Counted from the stretch's first letter, positions 36,227-46,319 are shown. The stretch is 62,397 nucleotides of DNA from an uncultured Bacteroidales bacterium (GCA_964411675.1 CAYPLR010000005.1:1-62397); one strand, 5' to 3'. A program made the numbers and translations. Notes: a model not told the origin generated them from the letters alone.

Positions 36227-37463
36227 ATATGATGTGGTTGTTATTGGTGGCGGACCTGCAGGGCTGGCAGCCAGTAAAAGTGCGCATAAGAATGGAGCAA
36301 AAACCCTATTAATTGAACGAGAAGGTCAACTTGGGGGAATCTTAAAACAATGTATTCATGATGGATTTGGGCTGGAGCGTTTTAAAGAAAAACTAAGTGG
36401 ACCTGAATATATTCATAAAGAAATAAAAGAATTACCAATAGAGTTAGAAATCAGTTTATTAACTTATGTAACAAAAATTACAAAAGTAGAAAAAGGATTT
36501 GAACTTGTTTTAGTGAATCGTCAAGGGATTAACATCATCGAAACTAGAAAAATAATTCTAGCAACAGGGTGCCGAGAAAGAACATCCAAACAAGTATCTA
36601 TCCATGGAACAAGTCCAGCAGGGGTGTTAACAGCGGGAACCGCTCAATACTTTATCAACATTTTAGGAGAAATGCCAACGAAAACTTGTATAATTTTAGG
36701 TAGTGGTGATATTGGCTTAATCATGGCAAGGCGGATTACTCTTGAAGGTGGGAAAGTTATTGGAGTTTATGAAGCAAAAAGCACACCAAGCGGATTGACG
36801 AGAAATATCGTACAGTGTTTAGAAGATTATCAAATTCCTTTATATTTAAGCCATACTGTTACTAAAGTGTTTGGTACTAATCGCCTTGAAGCAGTAGAGA
36901 TAAGCAAGGTAGATGAAAATATGCAGCCTATTAAAGGAACTGAAGAGACATTAGCTTGTGATGCATTAATCTTATCGGTAGGACTTATTCCGGAGAATGA
37001 AATAGCAGATAGTATTGGAGTAAAAATCAATGTTAAAACAAAAGGACCTCTATGTGATCAGACACTGATGACTAGTTTGTCTGATGTTTATTGTTGTGGC
37101 AATGCCTTGCATGTAAACGATTTGGTGGATTATGTTTCAGAAAGCGGAGAAATCGCAGGAGAAAACGCAGCAAAAATTGAGAAAAATAGGGAAAGAAAAC
37201 TAATAGATGTGAAGGCAAATCAAAAAATCATGTATACAGTACCTTCTTTGATTGATTTGAATTGTGAAACAAAGAAAACTATTCTATATTTTCGTTCAAC
37301 AGAAGTCTTCGAAAAGCAAAAATTAGTAATTTATGGTAATGATGAAATTGTTTTTTCAAAAAAATATAACTACATTAAACCTCCAGAAATGGAAAGAGTG
37401 GAAATAGATCTATCAAGCGTAAAAAATCTTCAAGAAATTAAAGTGGTTCTTGAAGATGAATAA
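36210..37463 (+). CDS. NAD(P)/FAD-dependent oxidoreductase (usual partner of GlpA-like enzymes)
   Basis: [57 protein letters not shown]. Confidence 0.85.
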   Translation: MIILNKYDVVVIGGGPAGLAASKSAHKNGAKTLLIEREGQLGGILKQCIHDGFGLERFKEKLSGPEYIHKEIKELPIELEISLLTYVTKITKVEKGFELVLVNRQGINIIETRKIILATGCRERTSKQVSIHGTSPAGVLTAGTAQYFINILGEMPTKTCIILGSGDIGLIMARRITLEGGKVIGVYEAKSTPSGLTRNIVQCLEDYQIPLYLSHTVTKVFGTNRLEAVEISKVDENMQPIKGTEETLACDALILSVGLIPENEIADSIGVKINVKTKGPLCDQTLMTSLSDVYCCGNALHVNDLVDYVSESGEIAGENAAKIEKNRERKLIDVKANQKIMYTVPSLIDLNCETKKTILYFRSTEVFEKQKLVIYGNDEIVFSKKYNYIKPPEMERVEIDLSSVKNLQEIKVVLEDE

Positions 37464-37560
37464 AGATATATTGCTAGATAAAAATATTACTAATCAAGTT
37501 AAATGGATAAATAATGAATTGACAAGGAATAAAAATGAATTATATAGGAGAAAAATGTGA
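37456..37560 (+). CDS. Putative 34-aa small ORF ([34 protein letters not shown])
   Basis: ATG overlaps the upstream stop; its TGA overlaps the GTG start of the kinase; no recognisable domain. Confidence 0.35.
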   Translation: MNKDILLDKNITNQVKWINNELTRNKNELYRRKM

Positions 37561-39128
37561 AAAAAAAGACATTAATTTTAACATTCGATTGTGGTACACA
37601 AAGTATTAGAGGTTTAATTTTTGATCAAGAGGGAAATATTTTAGCGAAAGAACAAGAATATTTTGAGCCTTATTTTTCTCGCGAACCAGGATTTGCTGAG
37701 CAAAAATGGGAAGTTTATTGGAATGCATTTACAACTGTTTCTAAGAAAATTCATCAAAACAATCCAGAATTAGTAGAAATGATTGCAGCAGTTACTACAA
37801 CAACCATTCGAGATACCAATATTTGCATTGATCAAGAGGGGAATCTACTACGAGACATTATTGTTTGGATGGATCAACGAAAAGCAAAATGTGAAAAGCC
37901 ATTACCTAAAAAAAATGCTCTTATTTTCAATTTAGTTGGAATGGGAGAAGCTTTAGAAGGGCAAAGAAAGGTCACGAAAAGTAATTGGTTGCAAGAAAAT
38001 GAACCCGAAATATGGAATAAAACGTATAAATACATCTTATTTAGTGGATACTTAAACTATGTATTGACAGGGAAAATCGTAGATTCTTATGCTAATCAAG
38101 TAGCCCACATACCATTTGATTATAAAAATAAAACATGGCAAAAAGAAAACGGATTGACATTCCCTGTATTTAATGTTCCCCTAGACAAACTTCCTGATTT
38201 AGTAAATCCAGGGGATATCTTAGGAACAATCACAAAGAAAGCAAGTCTTGAAACAGGTATTAAAGAAGGAACACCACTGATTGCTACAGGATCAGATAAA
38301 GGTTGTGAGACATTAGGTAGTGGAGTATTAAGCGAAAATGTCGCTTCGCTTAGTTTTGGAACAACAGCAACCATTCAATTTGCAACGAAAAGGTATATAG
38401 AGCCAGATACTTTTTTACCAGCATATCCAGGAATTGTAAAAGAATACTACAATCCTGAAGTGCAAATTTATCGTGGCTTTTGGATGATTAGCTGGTTTAA
38501 ACAAGAATTTGCTCAAAGAGAAGTTGTTGAAGCAAAAAGACTAGGAATAGCACCAGAAATAATACTAAATAAAATGTTGGCTGAAGTAGCACCAGGCTCA
38601 GAAGGATTGATTTTACAGCCGTTCTGGGATCCAATGCTTAAGAATCCGGAAGCAAGAGGTTCTATTATAGGCTTCACATCTGATCATACAAGAAAACATA
38701 TTTATAGAGCCATTATTGAGGGAATAGGCTATGCTTTATATCATGGTATGAAAGCAGTAGAAAAGCGAATGAAGACAAAAATAGAGTACTTAACTGTTTC
38801 AGGCGGGGGTTCACAAAGTGATGAGATATGTCAAATAACAGCTGATTTGTTTGGACTACCAGTAAAGAGAATCCAGACATATGAAGCTTGTGGGTTAGGA
38901 AGTTCTATGGTTGGTTTTGTAACACTTGGAATTTATAAAGACTATCATGAAGCGATTGATCATATGGTTAGATATGTGAAAGTGTTTGAACCTAATCCTA
39001 AAAATTATGAAATTTACCAAGAAATTTATCATGAAGTATATAATAAAATATATAAACAATTAAAACCACTATATTCGAAAATGAAAACAATGGCAAAAAA
39101 GAAGGAGGACAAGCATGAAACCATATAA
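37557..39128 (+). CDS. FGGY-family carbohydrate kinase (YgcE-like)
   Basis: DCGTQSIRG, WMDQR, GSDKGCE, SFGTTA, ARGSIIG, IYRAIIEG, GGGSQSD. Confidence 0.88.
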   Translation: MKKKTLILTFDCGTQSIRGLIFDQEGNILAKEQEYFEPYFSREPGFAEQKWEVYWNAFTTVSKKIHQNNPELVEMIAAVTTTTIRDTNICIDQEGNLLRDIIVWMDQRKAKCEKPLPKKNALIFNLVGMGEALEGQRKVTKSNWLQENEPEIWNKTYKYILFSGYLNYVLTGKIVDSYANQVAHIPFDYKNKTWQKENGLTFPVFNVPLDKLPDLVNPGDILGTITKKASLETGIKEGTPLIATGSDKGCETLGSGVLSENVASLSFGTTATIQFATKRYIEPDTFLPAYPGIVKEYYNPEVQIYRGFWMISWFKQEFAQREVVEAKRLGIAPEIILNKMLAEVAPGSEGLILQPFWDPMLKNPEARGSIIGFTSDHTRKHIYRAIIEGIGYALYHGMKAVEKRMKTKIEYLTVSGGGSQSDEICQITADLFGLPVKRIQTYEACGLGSSMVGFVTLGIYKDYHEAIDHMVRYVKVFEPNPKNYEIYQEIYHEVYNKIYKQLKPLYSKMKTMAKKKEDKHETI

Positions 39129-40842
39129 AGATTTTGAACCGCACTGGTTTGAAGAACCTGCTCCGAAGAAAAGTTATCGCTCTATTTTTAAGTGGGGAGA
39201 TCCTAGTTTTCGTAAAATACCCCGTGAAAATTTATACAAATTAATCAAGGAAAGTTTTCAAATGACAGATGAGGATTTCAAACAATATGATGGAGACTTG
39301 GGACTTGACGAGGTAAAGTTTGATATTCCCGTGGGACTAGCCAAGGAGCACATTGTTTTTTTAGAAAGTGTTGTGGGGAAAGAATTCGTAAAATCCGATG
39401 ACTATTCACGATTGAGTGTAGCGTATGGAAAAACAATGTATGATTTACTAAGGTTGCGTAAGAAGATAATTGAGAATATTCCTGATGTAGTTGTCTATCC
39501 AGATAAAAAAGAAGAAATTGAAAAAATTATTGCTTATGCATCAGAGCACAAAATACCGATTTATGTTTATGGTGGAGGCAGTAGTGTCACTCGGGGAGTA
39601 GAGTGTATGCAAGGCGGAATTTCCTTGGATATGCGTCTACGATACAATAAAGTAATTGATTTTAATGAAAAAGACCAAACGATTACTGTACAAACGGGAA
39701 TGAGTGGTCCTAAATTAGAGGAAACTTTGAATCAGGCTCAATCACTTTTTAAAGCAAAAAGAGCATATACTTGTGGACATTTTCCTCAGTCTTTTGAATA
39801 TAGTTCTGTAGGAGGTTGGGTAGTGACAAGAGGTGCTGGGCAAAATAGCACTTATTATGGAAAAATTGAAGATTTAGTTTTATGTCAAAAATATGCTACT
39901 CCAAAAGGAAATATCATTACCTCTAATTATCCAAGAGAAGCTACGGGGCCCTCAATCAATCATATTATGATGGGATCAGAAGGAACCTTTGGTGTCCTAA
40001 CCGAGGTGACCTTACGGATATTTAGATATATGCCAGAGAATCGTGTTCGCTTTTCATATATGTTTAAAAATTGGGAAATAGCTCGAGAAGCAGCACGGGA
40101 AATGATGCAAAGCGAGGCAGGAAACGCATCTGTGTTCCGTTTATCAGATCCGGAAGAAACAAACATAATGATGAGGTTATATGGAGTAGATCAAAGCCCA
40201 TTAGCAAAACTATTTAAAATCATGGGACTAAAACCGATGGAAAAATGTTTATTTTTAGGATTTACGGATGGCGAAAAAGGATTCTCTCATAATGTAGCTA
40301 GAAACATAAGAAGAATAGCACGAAAATATAAGGGAATGAATTTAACTGGTGTGGTTACTAAAGCATGGGAAAAAGGAAGATTCAATGATCCATATTTGCG
40401 CGATTCCATGCAAGACTTTGGAATTATGACCGATACATTGGAGTGCTCTGTTAATTGGTCAAATATGCAAGAAGTGTATGAGAAAGTAAGAACTTATTGT
40501 AAATCAAGACCGAATACGATTTGTACAACTCACATGTCTCATGTATATCCACAAGGAGCAAATCTTTATTTTATTTTTATTGCGAAAATGAATGAAATAG
40601 ATGACTTTAAAACTTATCATAGTGGAATCCTAGATGCCATTCAAAGTTCAGGAGCAGCGATGAGCCATCACCACGGAATAGGGAAAATGTTTGGTCCTTG
40701 GTTAGAGGGGCAATTAGGTAAAAATGAATATGAAATCATCAAAGTTTTAAAAAAACACTTTGATCCTGATAATATCATGAATCCTGGAGGCACGTTAGGT
40801 TTAGATACTAGAAGTGAAGATAAAAGATTTCTAAAAAAATAA
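39115..40842 (+). CDS. FAD-binding oxidoreductase, alkyl-dihydroxyacetonephosphate synthase (ADPS/YgcU)-like
   Basis: PDVVVYP, YGGGSSV, GHFPQSFEYSSVGGWVVTRGAG, GSEGTFGV, GANLYF, SHHHGIG. Confidence 0.85.
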   Translation: MKPYKDFEPHWFEEPAPKKSYRSIFKWGDPSFRKIPRENLYKLIKESFQMTDEDFKQYDGDLGLDEVKFDIPVGLAKEHIVFLESVVGKEFVKSDDYSRLSVAYGKTMYDLLRLRKKIIENIPDVVVYPDKKEEIEKIIAYASEHKIPIYVYGGGSSVTRGVECMQGGISLDMRLRYNKVIDFNEKDQTITVQTGMSGPKLEETLNQAQSLFKAKRAYTCGHFPQSFEYSSVGGWVVTRGAGQNSTYYGKIEDLVLCQKYATPKGNIITSNYPREATGPSINHIMMGSEGTFGVLTEVTLRIFRYMPENRVRFSYMFKNWEIAREAAREMMQSEAGNASVFRLSDPEETNIMMRLYGVDQSPLAKLFKIMGLKPMEKCLFLGFTDGEKGFSHNVARNIRRIARKYKGMNLTGVVTKAWEKGRFNDPYLRDSMQDFGIMTDTLECSVNWSNMQEVYEKVRTYCKSRPNTICTTHMSHVYPQGANLYFIFIAKMNEIDDFKTYHSGILDAIQSSGAAMSHHHGIGKMFGPWLEGQLGKNEYEIIKVLKKHFDPDNIMNPGGTLGLDTRSEDKRFLKK

Positions 40843-40857
40843 AAAAACAATGAAAAG

Positions 40858-40883
40858 AAAGAGCTAAATTTCAGCTCTTTTTT
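40858..40883 (+). terminator. Intrinsic terminator ending the TetR operon
   Basis: AAAGAGCT-7 nt-AGCTCTTT plus TTT. Confidence 0.75.
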
Positions 40884-40952
40884 CTATCTTTTTTCAAAGA
40901 TAAGAACTAGGATAAAATCCTATAATTTGTTAGAATAATAGAGGGGGAGTTT

Positions 40953-41354
40953 ATGAATGAATTCACGTTATATTTCTTTGAGGAAAGAGAAAAAACTATT
41001 ATTTGGGACTTTAATGGGGTTAAAATAAAAAATAATCATTATAAGAAGATTCTAAAAGAGATTTGTGAAAAAGAAGTAACTACATTATATGCAAGAATGG
41101 AAATTGTTAAAAAAATAACAAAAAGACGGAACAATGTTCCTTTGTACATTAATAATCAATTATTACTTTTTAAGATTAAAGCAATACCGAATATTTGGAT
41201 TAATTACTTTAATGTACTAGAATATGAAAGTGAAAATAAAAAAACAAGGGTAATATTTAAGAATGGAACTACATTATTAATTAATAAAAGAATAAAATAT
41301 TTGCGAGAGACGATAAAAGTTATAAAAAAGATAACGTTTTACACACGAAAATAG
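40953..41354 (+). CDS. ComK-family-like protein
   Basis: Pattern ILKEIC..TTLYAR..VKKI...NVPLYI..LLF..IWINYFNV..TRVIFKNGT.L resembles ComK by eye; SD GGGGAG. Confidence 0.6.
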   Translation: MNEFTLYFFEEREKTIIWDFNGVKIKNNHYKKILKEICEKEVTTLYARMEIVKKITKRRNNVPLYINNQLLLFKIKAIPNIWINYFNVLEYESENKKTRVIFKNGTTLLINKRIKYLRETIKVIKKITFYTRK

Positions 41355-41494
41355 TAATGTAAATATATACTTTCATAGAAAAATGTGGTATACTAATATA
41401 GTAAAAGGTGTGATCGATACTGGGTGCTATATTACTAAAAATAGATTTTTCTAGTTTCTTTGAGTATTGGACAGAACTAGCAAACAATAATGTT

Positions 41495-42055
41495 TTGTTA
41501 ACCATTTTAATTGCTTTATTCCTTCCAATATTAGAAGCAATTCTACCATTTCTACCATTGGTGGTAATCGTTAATTACAATCTTGTTATGTTTAATGCCA
41601 TTTTCTCATTTGCGGGGAATTGGATTCTGGCAATATTAGTATCATCATTGGGAGCAATTATTGGTGCATCCCTTGTTTTCTTTGCTTTAAAATATTCTAT
41701 TGGGAAATGGTTTCGTAAGAAAGTGGAAGGAAATGAGAAAGTTGTTCAAGCGATGCAGTGGATTAATAAGGTAAATACTTCATACTTAATTTTAATCTTA
41801 TCAAATCCTTATGCACCAACATCAATATTTAATTATGCAATGGCAGTTTTGGGGTTTTCAACAAAAAAATATTTGTTGATAATTTCGATTACTAGAATCA
41901 TAGAGATTTCATTATTAGGTTTATTGGGGGTTGTTTTCCAAGTAGGAGACAGCATAGTATCATTTGTTTGGATTACATTAACATATATTATTGTGTATAT
42001 GCTGATATGGCTTTGTAGAAAATGTTATTTGAAAAGGAGAAAAAAAGATGAGTAA
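41495..42055 (+). CDS. TVP38/TMEM64 (VTT/DedA) membrane protein; true start probably 41417/41420
   Basis: [37 protein letters not shown] motifs; frame open upstream to 41414. Confidence 0.8.
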   Translation: MLTILIALFLPILEAILPFLPLVVIVNYNLVMFNAIFSFAGNWILAILVSSLGAIIGASLVFFALKYSIGKWFRKKVEGNEKVVQAMQWINKVNTSYLILILSNPYAPTSIFNYAMAVLGFSTKKYLLIISITRIIEISLLGLLGVVFQVGDSIVSFVWITLTYIIVYMLIWLCRKCYLKRRKKDE

Positions 42056-43265
42056 AAAGACAATTAAAGATGTTGAATTAAAAGGAAAAGTTGTTTTAAT
42101 CAGAGTTGATTTTAATGTACCAATGAAGGATGGGGTAATTACTGATGATAATCGTATCGTTCAAGCGTTACCAACAATCAAGTATGCAATTAATCAAGGG
42201 GGTAAAGTAGTACTATTCTCGCACTTAGGAAGAGTGAAAGAGGAAGCAGATAAAGTAGATAACAGCTTAGCTCCAGTAGCAAAAAGATTGTCAGAATTAT
42301 TAAATAAACCAATTGTTTTTGTTAATGAAACAAGAGGTGAAAAGTTAGAAAAAGCAATTAAAGCAATGAAAGACAGCGAAGTTGTTATGTTTGAAAACAC
42401 ACGATTTGAAGACATAAATGGCAAGAAAGAATCTAAGAATGATCCAGAATTAGGAAAGTATTGGGCTTCTTTGGGTGATGTTTTTGTTAATGATGCTTTC
42501 GGTACAGCTCATAGAGCTCATGCTTCTAATTCTGGAATTGCTGCTAACATGAAGGATGTAGTTGCTGGTTTCTTAATGGATAAAGAGATTAGATTCATTG
42601 GAAATGCTGTTGACAAACCAGTGCGACCATTTATAGCTATTTTAGGTGGAGCTAAGGTAAGTGATAAGATTTCAGTTATCGAAAATTTAATTAATAAAGC
42701 AGATAAGATCTTAGTGTGTGGGGCAATGGCTTATACTTTCTATAAAGCGTTAGGATACGAAGTAGGAACAAGTAAATGCGAGAATGATTTCGTTGAATTC
42801 GCAAAAGGATTGTTAGAAAAAGCAAATGGGAAAATTATTTTACCAACGGATACAGTTGTAGTAAAAGAATTTAGTGAATTTGCTGAAAGCCGTGTTGTTA
42901 CTTCTGATCAAATTCCTGCCGATGAAATGGGCATGGATATTGGTCCAAAGACTATCGAATTATTTGAAAAAGAATTGCAAGGAGCAAAAACAGTTGTTTG
43001 GAATGGTCCTGCAGGTGTATTTGAATTTGATAAATTCGCTGTTGGAACAAATGGTATTTGTAAGATTCTTGCCAATTTAACAGGAGCTACAACAATCATT
43101 GGTGGTGGTGATAGTGCTGCTGCTGCAATCAAATTAGGATACGAAGAAAAATTCAGTCATATTTCTACTGGTGGTGGAGCTAGCTTAGAATATCTTGAAG
43201 GTAAGGTATTACCAGGAGTAGAAATTATAAATGATAAGCATTGCGGTTGTAGCAATTGTAAGTAG
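42048..43265 (+). CDS. pgk: Phosphoglycerate kinase
   Basis: [60 protein letters not shown]. Confidence 0.98.
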   Translation: MSKKTIKDVELKGKVVLIRVDFNVPMKDGVITDDNRIVQALPTIKYAINQGGKVVLFSHLGRVKEEADKVDNSLAPVAKRLSELLNKPIVFVNETRGEKLEKAIKAMKDSEVVMFENTRFEDINGKKESKNDPELGKYWASLGDVFVNDAFGTAHRAHASNSGIAANMKDVVAGFLMDKEIRFIGNAVDKPVRPFIAILGGAKVSDKISVIENLINKADKILVCGAMAYTFYKALGYEVGTSKCENDFVEFAKGLLEKANGKIILPTDTVVVKEFSEFAESRVVTSDQIPADEMGMDIGPKTIELFEKELQGAKTVVWNGPAGVFEFDKFAVGTNGICKILANLTGATTIIGGGDSAAAAIKLGYEEKFSHISTGGGASLEYLEGKVLPGVEIINDKHCGCSNCK

Positions 43266-43277
43266 GAGAGTATAATT

Positions 43278-44033
43278 ATGAGAAAACCTATTATCGCGGG
43301 AAATTGGAAGATGTTTAAAACTCGGGATGAAACATTACAATTTGTATATGCTGTTTCTAATAGCATACCAAGTGTTGATAAAGTCGACAGTGTAATTTGT
43401 GCTCCATTCCCCGTATTAAGATGCTTAGTAAAACGTCAAGGTGAAAATTTAAGAATCGGTGCTCAAAATATGCATTTTGCTGAAGAGGGCGCATATACAG
43501 GAGAAGTAAGCGCAGCAATGCTTACTAGCATTGATGTTACCTATGTAATTATTGGCCATAGCGAAAGACGAGCCATGTTCAATGAAACAGATGAAAGTGT
43601 AAATGCAAAACTTCATCAAGCGTTTAAACATCGATTAAAACCAATTCTTTGTGTAGGCGAGACTTTAAAACAAAGAGAAGCTGAACAAACAGAAAAAGTA
43701 ATTAGTAAACAAATTAAAAAAGACTTAGCGGGATTAACCGAAGCACAAGTAAAAGATTTAGTGATTGCTTATGAACCTATTTGGGCAATTGGAACTGGTA
43801 AAACAGCCACTAGCCAAATTGCCGATGAAACATGTGGTTTTATCCGTCAAACAATTCAAAAATTATATAACAAGGAAACTGCAGATGCAATTAGAATTCA
43901 ATATGGTGGAAGTGTAAAACTAAGTAATATTGATGAATTAATGAGAATGCCTAATATTGATGGTGCATTAATTGGAGGCGCTAGTTTAGTCGCTGAAGAT
44001 TTTGTTAAATTAGTTAATGCAGCTATAAAGTAG
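43278..44033 (+). CDS. tpiA: Triosephosphate isomerase
   Basis: AGNWKM, GHSERR, AYEPIWAIGTG, YGGSVK, LIGGASL. Confidence 0.98.
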   Translation: MRKPIIAGNWKMFKTRDETLQFVYAVSNSIPSVDKVDSVICAPFPVLRCLVKRQGENLRIGAQNMHFAEEGAYTGEVSAAMLTSIDVTYVIIGHSERRAMFNETDESVNAKLHQAFKHRLKPILCVGETLKQREAEQTEKVISKQIKKDLAGLTEAQVKDLVIAYEPIWAIGTGKTATSQIADETCGFIRQTIQKLYNKETADAIRIQYGGSVKLSNIDELMRMPNIDGALIGGASLVAEDFVKLVNAAIK

Positions 44034-44058
44034 AACGCTGAAAAGCGTTCTTTTATTT
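44032..44058 (+). terminator. Intrinsic terminator after tpiA
   Basis: AGAACGCT-GAAA-AGCGTTCT plus TTT. Confidence 0.85.
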
Positions 44059-44097
44059 AATATAAAGAGTAAAAATGTTATAATTAGTAGAAGGAAG

Positions 44098-45474
44098 GTG
44101 AGTAAAATGAATATAAGAGAAATTGTTGCAAATCAAAGAACATATTTTAATACGGGGGTTACAAAAGATTTAAAATTCCGATTAAAAGCACTGAATGATT
44201 TACAGGACTCCATTCTTTTTCATGAACAAGATATTTTACTGGCGTTAAAAAAAGACTTAAACAAATCAGATATTGAAGCATATATGACAGAAATCAGTTT
44301 ATTACTAGAAGATTTGAAATATATAAAAAGAAAATTACCGAAATGGGGAAAGCCTACCAGAGTAAAAACAGCTTTAATGCAAACACCTGCTCGTTGCTAT
44401 GTTGTGAAAGAGCCTTATGGAGTTAGTCTAATTATGTCGCCCTGGAATTACCCACTACTATTGGCATTAAGTCCCCTAATAGGCTCTATTGCTGCAGGTA
44501 ATTGTGCAGTAGTGAAACCCTCTGCTTATGCTCCTGCAACCTCTTTGGTAATCGAGAAAATCATTACAAAAATTTATAATCAAGAATATTGTGCCGTTAT
44601 TCAGGGTGGTAGAGCAGAAAACACTGAACTATTAAAGCAAAAGTTTGACTATATATTTTTTACTGGAAGTGTTGAAGTAGGAAAACTTGTGATGGAATCA
44701 GCAGCAATAAATCTAACTCCAGTAAGCTTAGAACTAGGGGGAAAAAGTCCGGTTATTATCGAGAAATCTGCAGATATTGATATGGCAGCTAAAAAGCTTG
44801 TTTTTGGAAAGTATATCAACGCTGGACAAACATGCATTGCCCCTGATTATGTATTAGTCCATAAAAGTCAGGAAGATCAATTAATAACCTCACTCCAAAA
44901 ATATATTAAAGAGTTTTACCCCGAAGATAATGAGGGAAATGTGGTTGATTACCCAAGAATTGTAAACGAAAGACATTTCGAGCGATTAAAAAATTTGATT
45001 GAGATTGAAAAAGTTGTAATTGGAGGTAAAACAAAGACACAAAGCTTATCAATCGTTCCTACTGTCATGAAGGATATCGATTACAATAGTCCTATCATGC
45101 AAGAAGAAATATTTGGACCTATTTTACCAATCATTACCTATGATGATTTAGAGGAAGTTATTAAAAAACAGCAATCCTTACCAAAACCACTAGCACTTTA
45201 TTTGTTCACAAATAACAATGAAATTAAAAAGCGTATTCTGAATGACATCTCTTTTGGTGGTGGGTGTATTAATGATGTAATTTTACATATAGCAACTCCA
45301 TATATGGGATTTGGTGGTGTTGGTAATAGTGGTATGGGAAGCTATCATGGGAAATCGAGTTTTGATACATTTACTCATGAAAAGAGTATTGTTGATAAAG
45401 GAAAAGGAATTGATTTATCGATTAGATATCGCCCATATACAGATAAAAAGAAAAAATGGCTTAAGAAGATTTAA
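44098..45474 (+). CDS. Aldehyde dehydrogenase, ALDH3/YwdH-like
   Basis: PWNYP, VKPS, FTGS, LELGGKSP, NAGQTCIAPDY, EEIFGP, GGVGNSGMGSYHG. Confidence 0.92.
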   Translation: MSKMNIREIVANQRTYFNTGVTKDLKFRLKALNDLQDSILFHEQDILLALKKDLNKSDIEAYMTEISLLLEDLKYIKRKLPKWGKPTRVKTALMQTPARCYVVKEPYGVSLIMSPWNYPLLLALSPLIGSIAAGNCAVVKPSAYAPATSLVIEKIITKIYNQEYCAVIQGGRAENTELLKQKFDYIFFTGSVEVGKLVMESAAINLTPVSLELGGKSPVIIEKSADIDMAAKKLVFGKYINAGQTCIAPDYVLVHKSQEDQLITSLQKYIKEFYPEDNEGNVVDYPRIVNERHFERLKNLIEIEKVVIGGKTKTQSLSIVPTVMKDIDYNSPIMQEEIFGPILPIITYDDLEEVIKKQQSLPKPLALYLFTNNNEIKKRILNDISFGGGCINDVILHIATPYMGFGGVGNSGMGSYHGKSSFDTFTHEKSIVDKGKGIDLSIRYRPYTDKKKKWLKKI

Positions 45475-45483
45475 CGAAAAAGA

Positions 45484-45511
45484 TTGACAAACAAGCAAAA
45501 AAGTGTATAAT
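45484..45511 (+). promoter_or_regulatory. Sigma-A promoter of rpsD
   Basis: TTGACA-16 nt-TATAAT. Confidence 0.8.
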
Positions 45512-45518
45512 AATAAAG

Positions 45519-45686
45519 GCATCAACAAAAGATGCTGTGTGATATAGCAGCACTTGAAAAACCAAAATAGAAATAGAAGTACCTGTAGAGGAGTAAGTAA
45601 CCTAGCTGCAAGTGGCGAAAACTGTTTTCAAATCTATCATTTTAGTTATGTTCAAGTCCTAGCAAGAAAATATAAGGAGGAAAAAT
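45519..45686 (+). promoter_or_regulatory. Structured rpsD leader, probable S4 autoregulatory element
   Basis: ~170-nt leader; GCAGC (45547-51) pairs with GCTGC (45605-09) adjacent to GTAA, as in the Bacillus rpsD leader; also CACTTG/CAAGTG and TTGAAAA/TTTTCAA pairings. Confidence 0.6.
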
Positions 45687-46286
45687 ATGTCACGTTTTAC
45701 AGGATCAGACTGGAAAGTATCAAGAAGATTGAAATATTCAGTATCTGAAACAGGAAAAGAATTATTAAAGAGAAATTATGCACCAGGACAACACGGAAAA
45801 CGTCGTGCAAAACTGTCTGAGTATGGTACACAATTACAAGAAAAGCAAAAAGTTCGTTTCACTTATGGAATGAGTGAAAAACAATTTAAGAAAGTATTTG
45901 CCTTTGCTTCAAAATTACAAGGTAAACAGGGCGACAACTTCTTAAAATTATTAGAATCAAGATTAGACAATTTAGTTTACAGAGCAGGATTTGCTTCAAC
46001 AAGACGCCAAGCTCGTCAATTAGTAAATCATGGTCACATTACTGTAGATGGCAAGAAATTGGATATTCCATCATTCTTAGTAAAACCTGGTCAAAAGATC
46101 AGTGTTAAGGAGAGCTCTCGAACTTTAACAATTATTCAAGAAGCTCTTGATTCATTAGTTGCAAGAAAAGAATATGTTTTCTTTGATGCTAATAGTATGG
46201 AAGCAACATTTGTTCGCTACCCTGAAAGAGAAGAATTCTTAGAAGAAATCAAAGAAAATCTTATCGTTGAATTTTATAATAGATAA
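45687..46286 (+). CDS. rpsD: 30S ribosomal protein S4
   Basis: MSRFTG...[37 protein letters not shown]. Confidence 0.99.
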   Translation: MSRFTGSDWKVSRRLKYSVSETGKELLKRNYAPGQHGKRRAKLSEYGTQLQEKQKVRFTYGMSEKQFKKVFAFASKLQGKQGDNFLKLLESRLDNLVYRAGFASTRRQARQLVNHGHITVDGKKLDIPSFLVKPGQKISVKESSRTLTIIQEALDSLVARKEYVFFDANSMEATFVRYPEREEFLEEIKENLIVEFYNR

Positions 46287-46319
46287 AAATAAAAAAGGAG
46301 ATATCTCCTTTTTTTATTT
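46287..46319. terminator. Bidirectional terminator
   Basis: Palindrome AAAAAAGGAGAT/ATCTCCTTTTTT between rpsD and msrC. Confidence 0.85.

Noticed and set aside
40843-40952. ComK K-boxes upstream of the comK-like gene
   Set aside because: No paired AAAA-N5-TTTT boxes; the A/T runs belong to the terminator
45554-45748. 64-aa ORF in the rpsD leader
   Set aside because: TTG start without SD, overlaps rpsD out of frame, and coincides with a structured RNA leader
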